DNA of 64,000 bases from Candidatus Methylomirabilota bacterium (GTDB lineage: Bacteria > Acidobacteriota > Terriglobia > Acidiferrales > UBA7541). Within the stretch, counting starts at the first letter, position 1, and the number at the start of each line of letters is the position of its first letter. The notes below the pieces were generated by a model, which was given only the letters and a program-made list of their open reading frames with translations, made no database searches and had not been told where the DNA came from. The translations under genes were made by a program, and so were the position numbers. The DNA is taken from the NCBI GenBank assembly GCA_035626055.1, contig DASPOJ010000029.1:1174-65173 (forward strand), written 5' to 3'. Of this stretch, positions 46,889 to 56,148 are shown in pieces.

Positions 46889-47057
46889 TCTTCTCCCGGA
46901 AAAGGGCATTCCAGGGATCGCACGCAATAAGAATCCATACCGTTTGCGGCGACCGTGCGAGCACAAGCTAGCATTGAAAGGGAATCCGCGCAACGAAAAC
47001 CTCTCAAGCCCGTGCGTTTTGACCGGCCCTCGCGCGGCGCATAAGATTGGTCTGGGA

Positions 47058-47759
47058 ATGGGAGATCGAGAACCGATGAACGCGCGAGCGCATCGCAGCC
47101 TGATGCTGAATGGACCCGAAGGCAAACTGGAAGCGCTTTTCTGGGACGTGGAACGAAACGACCGAAATGGCGTACCGGCGCAAGCGGTGTTCGCTGCGGC
47201 CGTGTGCCATCCCCACCCGCTTTATGGCGGAACGCTGCAGAACAAAGTTGTGTATCGGGCGGCGAAGGCGTTGCACGGTTTGGGTTTGCCCGTCCTGCGA
47301 TTCAACTTTCGCGGCGCGGGGTTGAGCGCCGGGAGATATGACCGCGGGCGAGGCGAGTTGGACGACCTCCGCGCAGCACTTGATTTTCTTGCGGCAAGTT
47401 TTCCCGGCGCGCCGCTGCTCGTTGCCAGCTTTAGCTTTGGGGCATGGGTCGGATTGCGCGCGGGTTGCGGCGATGCGCGCGTGCATGCGCTGATTGGATT
47501 GGGTTTGCCGGTGGGAAACATGGATGTCTCCCACCTTTCCGAACGCGTCAAGCCGAAGCTCCTGATGAGCGGGGATAAAGATCCATATGGGCCAAAGGAG
47601 AAATGGGAAGCGATCATTTCCGCCCTGCCGGAGAAATCGCGCGAGGCAACGCAACTCATCCTGGTGCCGGGCGCCGATCATTTTTTCGCGGGACACCTGG
47701 GGGCCGTCGAGCGCGCGATTTCGGCATGGGTCCGGGCGCGGATGGAAGCGCTTCAGTAA
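47058..47759 (+). CDS. Alpha/beta-fold hydrolase
   Basis: CHPHPLYGGTLQNKV, LRFNFRGAGLSAG, and nucleophile elbow SFSFGAW. ATG at 47058 or 47076. Confidence 0.75.
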   Translation: MGDREPMNARAHRSLMLNGPEGKLEALFWDVERNDRNGVPAQAVFAAAVCHPHPLYGGTLQNKVVYRAAKALHGLGLPVLRFNFRGAGLSAGRYDRGRGELDDLRAALDFLAASFPGAPLLVASFSFGAWVGLRAGCGDARVHALIGLGLPVGNMDVSHLSERVKPKLLMSGDKDPYGPKEKWEAIISALPEKSREATQLILVPGADHFFAGHLGAVERAISAWVRARMEALQ

Positions 47760-47765
47760 ACCGCG

Positions 47766-48869
47766 TCAGGACGCGCCCCGCTCGAATAATTTTGAAAATC
47801 GTTCCTGCGACGCGGGTGGAATGCCCAGTAAATGCAAGTTCGCGCGCGCATGCTCCGCGCGGCTCATCCCCACCAGCGCCGTCGTGATGCCTGGAGTTGA
47901 GCGGACGAATTGCAGCGCGCGTTCGGCGTCGCTTTCGAGGCCGAGCGCCTCGGCGATGAAGGGCGGGAGATCCCGAGCGACTTTGCCCTGGAGCAGCGAC
48001 GCGCTCGCGACCAGCGTGACGTCGAGCGCGTGCGCGGCCTCGATCATCGGAAGGGTGCGCGTATCGAGTGGCTGGTTCGCGCGGCTGAGGGCTTCGGTCA
48101 TGCCGAGGTTGTACGGCAATTGCACGAACCGGAAGTGGTGCGCGTCGCCGGCAAGTTCGCGGGCGATAATTTCAATCTGACCCAGCGAGAGATAATCCTT
48201 GGCGTTCTGCGGCTGGCGGAAACCGCTCCAGGTGGCGAGGCCGTAGAATCTAATCTTTCCCTCCGTGACCGCCACCTCGAGAACCTCGAACGCGGCCCGA
48301 ATGCGGCGCTCAAATTCCTCACGAGGATATTCACCGAGCTGGGTTTCCGGATTGTGGAGGTAATAGACGTCGATCGTCTCGACGCCGAGATTGCGGCGGC
48401 TGCGCTCGATTTGATCGGCCAGGAATCGCGGAGCGAGAACGTGGCAACTGGCGGCCACGTCCGCGGCGGCGATCAGGCCGCGCTCGACGTATTCTCGCTG
48501 AAAATATTCGCTGGGATCGGCGGACATCTCTCCGTCCGTCGTGAGAAAGCCGCCCTTCGTGCAGACGAGGAGCTCGTCGCGCGCGTAGCCGCGCCGGGCG
48601 AGTTCCGCAAGCGCGGAGCGCACCGAGCGCTCGCTGCGTTGAAAGCGGTAGTTGATCGCAGTGTCGAGGACGTTTGCGCCGGATTCGACCGCGGCGATGA
48701 TGGCGTCAGTGTAGCCACGATCGGTCGCCTCGTCGGCTTCGCCAAGATATGTCCCGATTCCGATCGAGGAGAGCAGCAGCCCTTGCTGCTCCCGGAAATG
48801 CCCCGGGGCGGCATGGCTCGCAAACCGCGCCGCATACCGCTGCGTTCCTTCCGGTGTCACCCCGGTCAC
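47766..48869 (-). CDS. Aldo/keto reductase family oxidoreductase
   Basis: LDTAINYRFQRSE (catalytic Asp/Tyr region), LVCTKGG (Lys), YYLHNPE (His); TIM-barrel AKR pattern. Confidence 0.8.
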   Translation of the reverse strand: MTGVTPEGTQRYAARFASHAAPGHFREQQGLLLSSIGIGTYLGEADEATDRGYTDAIIAAVESGANVLDTAINYRFQRSERSVRSALAELARRGYARDELLVCTKGGFLTTDGEMSADPSEYFQREYVERGLIAAADVAASCHVLAPRFLADQIERSRRNLGVETIDVYYLHNPETQLGEYPREEFERRIRAAFEVLEVAVTEGKIRFYGLATWSGFRQPQNAKDYLSLGQIEIIARELAGDAHHFRFVQLPYNLGMTEALSRANQPLDTRTLPMIEAAHALDVTLVASASLLQGKVARDLPPFIAEALGLESDAERALQFVRSTPGITTALVGMSRAEHARANLHLLGIPPASQERFSKLFERGAS

Positions 48870-48935
48870 GCGTCCTCCGATCCCGCTCTGCGGGAAAGAA
48901 GAAGGACAGTATACGCGCCTGAGGGCAATTCAAGT

Positions 48936-50141
48936 CTACGGAGCCGCAGGCGTTTCGGGTTCGGCCGAGTTTGCAGCAGGAGACAAAAGGCGCGAGCAGG
49001 CGCGAAGAATGCGGCGGTACGGCCATTCCTCTTTCGCTGGCTTGCGCGGATTCGCGCGCAGCTCCGAACGAAATAGGATTTCACCGGCGCGAGGTTTGCC
49101 GTAGAACCACCGTGCAAGCAATGCAAGATGGTCTTCGATATCGCGCGGGTTCCTCTCGCGCGCCGGCCCGGATTCCGATTCGAGGTGGCCGCGCAGAATT
49201 TCCTCTGCTGAACGCGGCGCGTCCGCCGCTTCGTCCGGGCGCGCCAGTTCTCCGAAACGCAGGAGAAACGGCTCCGAGATGAGCCCTCTCCGCACGGCGA
49301 ATACGGCGATGGCTTGCCGTTCCGCGGCTGGTTGAAGAATCACGGCGTTGAGGTCCTCGACGCGCCGGGCGAGGCCGGGCATGCCGCGAAGCACTTCCGC
49401 GACTTTTTCGAGCCTGCGGTGCAGCGCCGCTGCTCGCTCGAAATCGAGATGTTCGCTGGCCGCCTCACGCTCGGCCTGCAGCTCGCTTTCGTGCGAAGCG
49501 CCGCGAGAGGAGAGAAACGACACGACTTGTTCGACCTCCGCGCCGTACTCCGCGTCCGTGCATCCGGCAAAACACGGCGCAAGACACATTTTCATTTCCG
49601 AATAAATGCAGCCGGGGAAGGTGGGATCGCGCCGGATTTTGATTTGGCAGCGGCGAATCTTGAACAAGTCGAGGAAGCGCCCGGCGAAGTGATCCGCCGC
49701 TCGGCGCGAAGGAAACGGGCCGTAGTAGGCGCCGGAAGAGCCCATGCGCCGCGTCGCGTAGCAGCGGGGATAGGCATTCGCCAGATTCACCTTGAGCACG
49801 GCCGGCGGGCGCAAGCGCATGCGCTCTCGATACCGCGCGGGCCATGCGGCGCGCGCCTGTTGCAGGTAAACGAACCCTTGTTCGAAGTGCGAGCCCGTGA
49901 GGCGAAAGCGGACGGCGCGCGCGAACTCGCGCAGGTTCAGGCGCTTCGATGCGAAGTCGCGCGGGCCGAGAAGACGCTCCAGGCGCTTGCGGAGGTCCGC
50001 TGTGCGCAGCAAGTAGGGTTCGGCCCCGGGGAATTCCACGCGAGGCTCGATGCGAAAAACGGCAGCGCGCGGCGGAAGCGCCTCAAAGAAATCGGCGTCG
50101 CGGGCGGGATCGAAACTCGCGCCGCAGTCGAGGTCGAGCAT
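48936..50141 (-). CDS. UvrC N-terminal-half homologue (degenerate GIY-YIG region, Cys cluster, UVR domain; no C-terminal endonuclease/HhH)
   Basis: YYGPFPSRRAADHFAGRFLDLFKIRRC, CIYSEMKMCLAPCFAGC and LDFERAAALHRRLEKV align by eye with the UvrC N-terminal half and UVR motif. The protein ends after about 400 aa. Confidence 0.65.
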   Translation of the reverse strand: MLDLDCGASFDPARDADFFEALPPRAAVFRIEPRVEFPGAEPYLLRTADLRKRLERLLGPRDFASKRLNLREFARAVRFRLTGSHFEQGFVYLQQARAAWPARYRERMRLRPPAVLKVNLANAYPRCYATRRMGSSGAYYGPFPSRRAADHFAGRFLDLFKIRRCQIKIRRDPTFPGCIYSEMKMCLAPCFAGCTDAEYGAEVEQVVSFLSSRGASHESELQAEREAASEHLDFERAAALHRRLEKVAEVLRGMPGLARRVEDLNAVILQPAAERQAIAVFAVRRGLISEPFLLRFGELARPDEAADAPRSAEEILRGHLESESGPARERNPRDIEDHLALLARWFYGKPRAGEILFRSELRANPRKPAKEEWPYRRILRACSRLLSPAANSAEPETPAAP

Positions 50142-50238
50142 TCTCCAAGCTTATACCGGGGGACCGCAACGCGGGAACTGGGAATGAGGATTTGATGCGT
50201 GCGTGCGGCGAACCAAAAAACAGGCGGGCGCGAAGCGT

Positions 50239-51384
50239 TCAGAGCGACTTCAGAACCCACGAGGCGATGACGAGGCGCTGGATTTCACTCGTGCCTTCGT
50301 AGATTTCCGTGATGCGCGCATCGCGGTACATCCGCTCGACCGGATACTCGCGGCTGTAGCCGTAGCCCCCATGGATCTGGATCGCCTTGTGCGTGACGCG
50401 CGTGGCCATCTCCGAGGCGAATAGCTTTGCGACGGAAGCCTCCAGCGAAAAGCGCGCGCCGGAATCCTGTTTCCACGCGGCCTTGCGGACGAGCAGCCGC
50501 GCAGCGTCAATTTCAGTGGCCATGTCGGCGAGCATGAATTGAATCGCCTGGAACTCTACGATCGGATGGCCGAACGCCTGCCGCTGCTGCGCGTAGGCGA
50601 GCGCGTGCTCGAAGGCACCCTGCGCGATGCCGGTGGCCTGCGCGGCGATGCCGACGCGGCCGGACTCGAGCGTCGAGAGAGCGATCTTGTAGCCCTCGCC
50701 TTCCCGGCCGAGGCGATTCGCGGCCGGCACGGCGCAATCGGAAAAGGAAAGCTCGACGCAGGCGGTTGCGCTGATGCCTAGTTTCTTTTCCTCCTTCCCG
50801 ACGCGGAATCCCGGTGTTCCACGCTCCACGATAAGGGCAATGATGCCCCTTTCGCCGCTGGCGGGATGGGTGTTCACGTAGACGATGGCCGCATCGGCCA
50901 CGCCGCCGTTTGTGATCCAAGTTTTTGTGCCATTAACGACGTACGCATCGCCTTTGCGCTCGGCGCGAGTCTGCAAAGCCGCGGCGTTCGAGCCAGCTTG
51001 CGGCTCGGTGAGTGCGTAGCAGCCGATTTTCTCGCCACGCAAGAACGGCGTGAGGAACTTCTTCTTTTGCTCTTCGTCTCCGAACCGGTAAACAGGATCG
51101 CAGAAGAGCGAGTTCTGCACGGAGAGAATCACGGAGGTGGAGGCGCAGACCCGCGCGATTTCCTCGATCACAATGGCGTAGCCCACGTGATCGAAGCCTG
51201 CGCCGCCTGCGGATTCCGGAAAGGCGATTCCCGCGAGTCCCAACGCGGACGCCTTACGAAACGTCTCCATGGGAAAGCGGCCGGTCTCGTCGATTTCTTT
51301 TGCCTGGGGTTTGACTTCGCTTTCGGCGAATTCGCGGACCGTGCGCTGCAGCAGCTTTTGTTCTTCGGTTAAACCGAGGTTCAA
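50239..51384 (-). CDS. Acyl-CoA dehydrogenase (short/medium-chain type)
   Basis: TTG at 51384 (AAGGAA upstream) gives MNLGLTEEQKLL. Also CYALTEPQAGSNAA, WITNGG, and C-terminal QIHGGYGYSREYPVERMYRDARITEIYEGTSEIQ. Confidence 0.9.
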   Translation of the reverse strand: MNLGLTEEQKLLQRTVREFAESEVKPQAKEIDETGRFPMETFRKASALGLAGIAFPESAGGAGFDHVGYAIVIEEIARVCASTSVILSVQNSLFCDPVYRFGDEEQKKKFLTPFLRGEKIGCYALTEPQAGSNAAALQTRAERKGDAYVVNGTKTWITNGGVADAAIVYVNTHPASGERGIIALIVERGTPGFRVGKEEKKLGISATACVELSFSDCAVPAANRLGREGEGYKIALSTLESGRVGIAAQATGIAQGAFEHALAYAQQRQAFGHPIVEFQAIQFMLADMATEIDAARLLVRKAAWKQDSGARFSLEASVAKLFASEMATRVTHKAIQIHGGYGYSREYPVERMYRDARITEIYEGTSEIQRLVIASWVLKSL

Positions 51385-51413
51385 GGCCAGTTCCTTGCCG
51401 CGGCGGCCGCGCG

Positions 51414-51893
51414 TCAGGTCTGCAGGGCGCCGCGAAGCTTTTCGTAGGTCGTCGCAAGCTCCTCGGGCTCGAGGCGCGTCTCGGAAACGGTGGTCATAAA
51501 ATTCGCGTCGCCGGACCAGCGTGGCAAAACGTGCAAGTGGATGTGCCCCTGCACACCGGCGCCCGCGCAACGCCCGAGATTCATGCCGAGGTTGTAGCCT
51601 TCGGGATGGTAGACCGATTCCAGCGCGAGTTGCACTCGCTGCGCCAGGCTCATCATTTCGCCGAGCGTCTCCGCGTCACACTCGCGCAATTCGGCCAGAT
51701 GGGCGAACGGCACGATCATGACGTGGCCGGTCGTGTAGGGGAATCGGTTCAGAATGATGTAATTCTTTTTTCCGCGGAGGATGATGAAGCGCGTGGCGTC
51801 GTCGCCGGCAGCGGCGTCGCAGAAGATGCAACTATCGTGCTTGCCGCTTTGCGCGATGTAGCGGTAGCGCCAGGGATTCCAGAGATAGTCCAT
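51414..51893 (-). CDS. HIT-family (histidine triad) nucleotide hydrolase/transferase
   Basis: CIFC, GHVMIVP, and the histidine triad GHIHLHVLPRW. Confidence 0.85.
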   Translation of the reverse strand: MDYLWNPWRYRYIAQSGKHDSCIFCDAAAGDDATRFIILRGKKNYIILNRFPYTTGHVMIVPFAHLAELRECDAETLGEMMSLAQRVQLALESVYHPEGYNLGMNLGRCAGAGVQGHIHLHVLPRWSGDANFMTTVSETRLEPEELATTYEKLRGALQT

Positions 51894-51942
51894 GATGCGC
51901 GCAGCGCGGGGCCGCGGACGGAATCGCCGTCCGCGCCAACCC

Positions 51943-52266
51943 CTATACTCTACCCGCCGGGGACGCCGAAGAGCCGGCGGTGTTGACGAAGTCCTTCAAT
52001 TCCTTGCTCGGCTTGAAGAAAGGGATGCGCTTGGCCGGAACATCCACCTTGGCTCCCGTCTTCGGATTGCGTCCTACGCGGCCGCGGCGCCTGCGCGTGC
52101 GAAAGCTGCCAAAGCCGCGAATCTCAATTTTGTCGCCCTTCTGCAGGGCGCCGATAATTCCCAGAAAAATAGTCTCGACGATAACCTCCGACTCATTGCG
52201 CGGGAGGCCCGTGTTCTTCACGACCTCTTCAACCAAGTCGGCCTTGGTCCATGTGGAATCGTTCAT
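51943..52266 (-). CDS. HU/IHF-family DNA-binding protein
   Basis: TKADLVEEV..., EIRGFGSF..R.R..R.GRNPKTG..V.VPAKR.P.FKPSKELK, the canonical HU/IHF arm. Confidence 0.88.
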   Translation of the reverse strand: MNDSTWTKADLVEEVVKNTGLPRNESEVIVETIFLGIIGALQKGDKIEIRGFGSFRTRRRRGRVGRNPKTGAKVDVPAKRIPFFKPSKELKDFVNTAGSSASPAGRV

Positions 52267-52432
52267 TTTCGTTCGCTCCGCCGAGAATCAGAACGCCTCA
52301 TCTGCCGTATCGCCGGACACAGCGCATAACAGGGCGCTCCTGCACACCGCTGGGTGCCCTTCCTATCACTAAACGCAAGATCAGGGAATCGATTTCTGCT
52401 GCCGCGGGGGAGGGCGCGACCGCTCGACCGGA

Positions 52433-54442
52433 CTATAACATCTCGCGCTTGGCCATGATAGCGTCCCCAATCGTGGCCGTCGCGGAGGACTTCGACGAAC
52501 GATAGTCCTCCATCTCGCGCCGCTCGACCTGCCGCTGGGCAGCGCGGTAGCTTAATCCGATCTTGTGCTGGTCCGAACTCATTTTCACGATCTTGAAATC
52601 GTAATCCTGCCCGACGTGCAACAGATCGCCCGACTTCGAATTGCGCGGCTGGTTCTGGGGCTGGTCCGGTTTGCGCCGGCCTTCGATCTCCGAAATGTGG
52701 CACAGCCCTTCGATTCCATCCGCCAGCTCCACGAACGCGCCGAACGTGGTGAGCCGCGAAACGCGGCCGTGCACGAGATCCCCCACCTTGTGCGCCGAAA
52801 ACCAATTCGACCAGATATCGTTCACCTGTTTGATGCCCAGAGAGACGCGCCGGCCCGCGGCGTCGATCTTCAGGACTTTGGCTTGAATCGTATCGCCCTT
52901 CTTCAATAGTTCGGACGGATTCTTGACGCGGCTGGTCCACGAGATATCGCTCACGTGCACGAGACCGTCGAACCCTTCCTCGATCTCGACGAACGCGCCA
53001 AAGTCCGTCAAATTGCGCACACGCCCGGTGACCACCGTACCCACGGGATATTTTTCCGCGAGCGTCTGCCACGGATCGATTTGCGCCTGCTTCATGCCCA
53101 GCGAAATCCGGCGCTCGGCAGAATCGACGCCCAGCACGACGACTTCCACTATGTCTCCCGGCTTGAGGAGCTTGGAAGGGTGCTGCTTGCGCTTCGACCA
53201 CGACATTTCACTTACGTGCACCAGCCCCTCGATGCCGGGCTCGAGCTCCACAAATGCGCCGTAATCCACCAGGCCGATCACTTTGCCCGAGAGGCGCGCC
53301 CCGACGGGGAATCGGTCGGCCACGCTCACCCACGGGTCGGCCTGCATTTGCTTCAGCCCGAGGGACACGCGCATCTTGGCGCGATCGAATTTCAGCACCT
53401 GCACATCAACTTCGTCGCCGGGCCGCACAATCTCGGAAGGGCTGGTCACGCGAACCCAGGACATGTCCGTGACGTGCAATAGCCCGTCCAGTCCACCGAG
53501 GTCGATAAATGCGCCGTAGCCGGTGACGTTCTTCACCACGCCCCGGCGCACCTGCCCCTCCTCGAGCGAGTCCATCAGTTTTTGCCGCTCGGCCTCCAAA
53601 TTCACTTCGAGAACCGCACGCCGGCTGACCACCACATTTCCGCGCTTGCGATTCAGCTTTACGACGCGAACCTCGATCTCTTGATCCTTCCACGCGTCGA
53701 GATTTTGGACGGGCCGCAGGTCCAGTTGCGAGGCCGGAAGAAACGCCCGCACGCCGATGTCCACCACCAAGCCGCCTTTGATGTGGTCCACGACACGGCC
53801 GGTCAAGTTTGTCTTCTCGCGGTACGCTTTCTCGATGTTCGTCCAGGCGCGCCGGCGCCGCGCGCGGAGATGCGATAGGATGACATAGCCTTCCTTGCGA
53901 TCCCCCGTGCGAAGGACCTCGATTGGCTGGCCGGGGTCAAGCTGGATCGGAACTTCGGCTTCAGCAATTTCGATGGCCGGGATTAGTCCTTCCGTCTTGC
54001 CGCCCAAATCCACGACCACGCCAAGATCCGTAATCGCCACAACATGGCCCGATTCAATCTCGCCTTCGGAGGGCGCTTGATGCGGCGCGGCGTACTGGTC
54101 GAGGAGTTGATCCATCTCGGCCGACTCAGTTGAGTCCACGGAGGTTCCGGTGTCAGGCCCGGGATTTGCTTCGCTGGATTCGCCTGCTGCCACAGCGACT
54201 TCCGTCGCACCGGCGGGTCCATCGGTAGATACCGGGGGGCCGGCAAGCTCACCATTGGGCTCAGCGGCGCTTGCTGCCGCCGCATCCGTTTCTTGCGCCG
54301 GAGCCGCGGCTGCCGTCTCAGGCTCGGGACCAGCCTCAGCTGTCACGGGTGCTTGCGCAGTCTTCTCTTCTTCAGGCAAAGATTCTTCGTGCGAAGAAGG
54401 CACAGCGGTTCCACCTGCTGGAGTTTCAGATTCAGGACACAT
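52433..54442 (-). CDS. rpsA: 30S ribosomal protein S1 with a long acidic low-complexity N-terminal extension
   Basis: Six S1 (OB) repeats, e.g. GHVVAITDLGVVVDLGG, GRVVDHIKGGLVVDIG, GVVKNVTGYGAFIDLGG, GKVIGLVDYGAFVELEPG, GRVRNLTDFGAFVEIEEG, GRVSRLTTFGAFVELADG. ATG at 54442 has GGGAGG 8 nt upstream; the listed ORF begins at 54496. Confidence 0.9.
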   Translation of the reverse strand: MCPESETPAGGTAVPSSHEESLPEEEKTAQAPVTAEAGPEPETAAAAPAQETDAAAASAAEPNGELAGPPVSTDGPAGATEVAVAAGESSEANPGPDTGTSVDSTESAEMDQLLDQYAAPHQAPSEGEIESGHVVAITDLGVVVDLGGKTEGLIPAIEIAEAEVPIQLDPGQPIEVLRTGDRKEGYVILSHLRARRRRAWTNIEKAYREKTNLTGRVVDHIKGGLVVDIGVRAFLPASQLDLRPVQNLDAWKDQEIEVRVVKLNRKRGNVVVSRRAVLEVNLEAERQKLMDSLEEGQVRRGVVKNVTGYGAFIDLGGLDGLLHVTDMSWVRVTSPSEIVRPGDEVDVQVLKFDRAKMRVSLGLKQMQADPWVSVADRFPVGARLSGKVIGLVDYGAFVELEPGIEGLVHVSEMSWSKRKQHPSKLLKPGDIVEVVVLGVDSAERRISLGMKQAQIDPWQTLAEKYPVGTVVTGRVRNLTDFGAFVEIEEGFDGLVHVSDISWTSRVKNPSELLKKGDTIQAKVLKIDAAGRRVSLGIKQVNDIWSNWFSAHKVGDLVHGRVSRLTTFGAFVELADGIEGLCHISEIEGRRKPDQPQNQPRNSKSGDLLHVGQDYDFKIVKMSSDQHKIGLSYRAAQRQVERREMEDYRSSKSSATATIGDAIMAKREML

Positions 54443-54635
54443 CCCTACCGCCTCCCTACCACCGCCACCCCAAAACCCCGAGGGCCCCGGCCCCATGGAG
54501 GTTCTTCCCAGTCACGGAACGAGTGCAAGGAAGGAGATGCAATAAGCCAGCAAAGCGTTCTATCGCCTGGATGATACTAGCGGCTATGCGCCGGTGTCAA
54601 TCCAACCTTGGCTGCCTGTTCTAGGTCCGAGAGAG

Positions 54636-55595
54636 TTACGACCGGACGCGGCCCGCCTGCCGAATCTCGCGGCGGTAGTCGGGTGCGACGACCTCAACCG
54701 TGCGGCACATTTCGTAAAGGCGCGAGCGGATGCGCATGCTCAAACGGTCGGTGAGGGAATCTTCTTGCGTGGGGGCTGCGGCGAACGATGCGCCGGACGT
54801 TGCGGCCGAACGCGAGCGCGAAGCCGACTTGCCTCCGTCAGCGGTAGCGGGCCCCGGAGCGTCGAGGTAGTTGGTCGTCAGCAGCGTGACACGACGCTCG
54901 TTATAGCGCGTGTTCAGGATGTGGCCTACGGTTTCGAGCGCCCACGCAGAAGGCTTGCTCGCGCCAACGTCGTCGAGCAGCAGCACCTCCGCCGTAAGGA
55001 CCGGTTCCAGCACGCCCATCTCCGTCGCCTGGCTGACCGGGTTGTAGCTCGCTTGAATCTCCTTTAGCAGCTCGCGGTAGTCGTAGAAGAGTCCTTGATG
55101 GCCACGCACGACCAAGGCTCGCAGCGCAGCGACCGCCAGGTGCGTCTTCCCTACGCCGCAAGAGCCCATGAGGAGAATGCCGCTTTCGGTGCCGGCAGGG
55201 TAATCGCGCGTGAACGCTTCCATGACGATACGCGCCTGCTTAAGGCTGCGATTCCAATGCTCCGCTTCGGGCTCGCTTTCATACACATCGGTATCGAAGT
55301 TCTCGAAGTCGCAATGCTCGTAGCGCAGCGGAAGCCGCGTCCGTGCGAGCGCACGCGCCGTGCGGTCCTCGCCCACGCAGTCGCAAGGCACGGCCCATAC
55401 TAGCTTGCTCGGGCCCGCCGTCGCCGTCGCCGGAGCCGCGGCCGCGCCCCTGCCTGCCGGGACGCCTCCGGGATTCCCATGACCCGGGCGCTCGCCGCTT
55501 TGGACCGCGACCCGGCGCGCGTCTTCATCGGCGGCTACGCGTTCGACGGTCTTCCAGCCGCTGCCTCCGCATTTTGGGCAATCCGCTTGCGCCAT
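54636..55595 (-). CDS. DnaC/IstB-like AAA+ ATPase with N-terminal Cys-rich (zinc-ribbon-like) segment
   Basis: MAQADCPKCGGSGW...PCDC, Walker A GSCGVGKTHLAVA, Walker B LLLDDVG, sensor TTNY. No IS21-type transposase is adjacent. Confidence 0.75.
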   Translation of the reverse strand: MAQADCPKCGGSGWKTVERVAADEDARRVAVQSGERPGHGNPGGVPAGRGAAAAPATATAGPSKLVWAVPCDCVGEDRTARALARTRLPLRYEHCDFENFDTDVYESEPEAEHWNRSLKQARIVMEAFTRDYPAGTESGILLMGSCGVGKTHLAVAALRALVVRGHQGLFYDYRELLKEIQASYNPVSQATEMGVLEPVLTAEVLLLDDVGASKPSAWALETVGHILNTRYNERRVTLLTTNYLDAPGPATADGGKSASRSRSAATSGASFAAAPTQEDSLTDRLSMRIRSRLYEMCRTVEVVAPDYRREIRQAGRVRS

Positions 55596-55701
55596 GAGAG
55601 CAAGGATAGGCGCTGAGGGTGCGCGGCGCAAGCTGGGCCTCGTGTGGAAAGATTTCTCCGCTGTGGAAACCCTCTTGCGCGAGGCAGGGCGGGCTGCGAA
55701 C

Positions 55702-56139
55702 TCAGTTCTTCGATTTTTCCGTGGAATCGGGCTTCTGAACGCGAATCACTTTGGGCGGACCGACGCGGACCAGCGCGTTGCGGGATGCGGGTGCGGATGC
55801 GGAGCGCAGGCCGCGCGCAAGCTCGCTCTGCACGAATTCCGCGAACGTCTGCATTTGCCGTTGCATCTCGCCCATTTTCTCGCGCATGTTGAGAATGACC
55901 TCGATGCCCGCGAGATTCACTCCCATCTCGCGAGTCAATGTGAGAATCACTTCCAGGCGCTCGAGATCAGAGTCTGTGTAAAGGCGTGTATTGCCCTGCG
56001 AGCGCGAGGGCTTAAGGAGGCCGACGCGTTCGTATAGGCGCAGCGTCTGCGGATGGAGCTTGTAGAGCTCCGCTACGGCCGAAATCATGTAACCGGCGCG
56101 GGCCTTCTTCTTGCGAGGTGTGCTGGAGCGAGGAGCCAT
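55702..56139 (-). CDS. hspR: MerR-family heat-shock repressor HspR
   Basis: YMISAVAELYKLHPQTLRLYERVGLLKPSRSQGNTRLYTDSDLERLEVI is the HspR-type wHTH. It lies directly downstream of dnaJ, as in the actinobacterial dnaK operon. Confidence 0.85.
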   Translation of the reverse strand: MAPRSSTPRKKKARAGYMISAVAELYKLHPQTLRLYERVGLLKPSRSQGNTRLYTDSDLERLEVILTLTREMGVNLAGIEVILNMREKMGEMQRQMQTFAEFVQSELARGLRSASAPASRNALVRVGPPKVIRVQKPDSTEKSKN

Positions 56140-56148
56140 CGCAATGCC

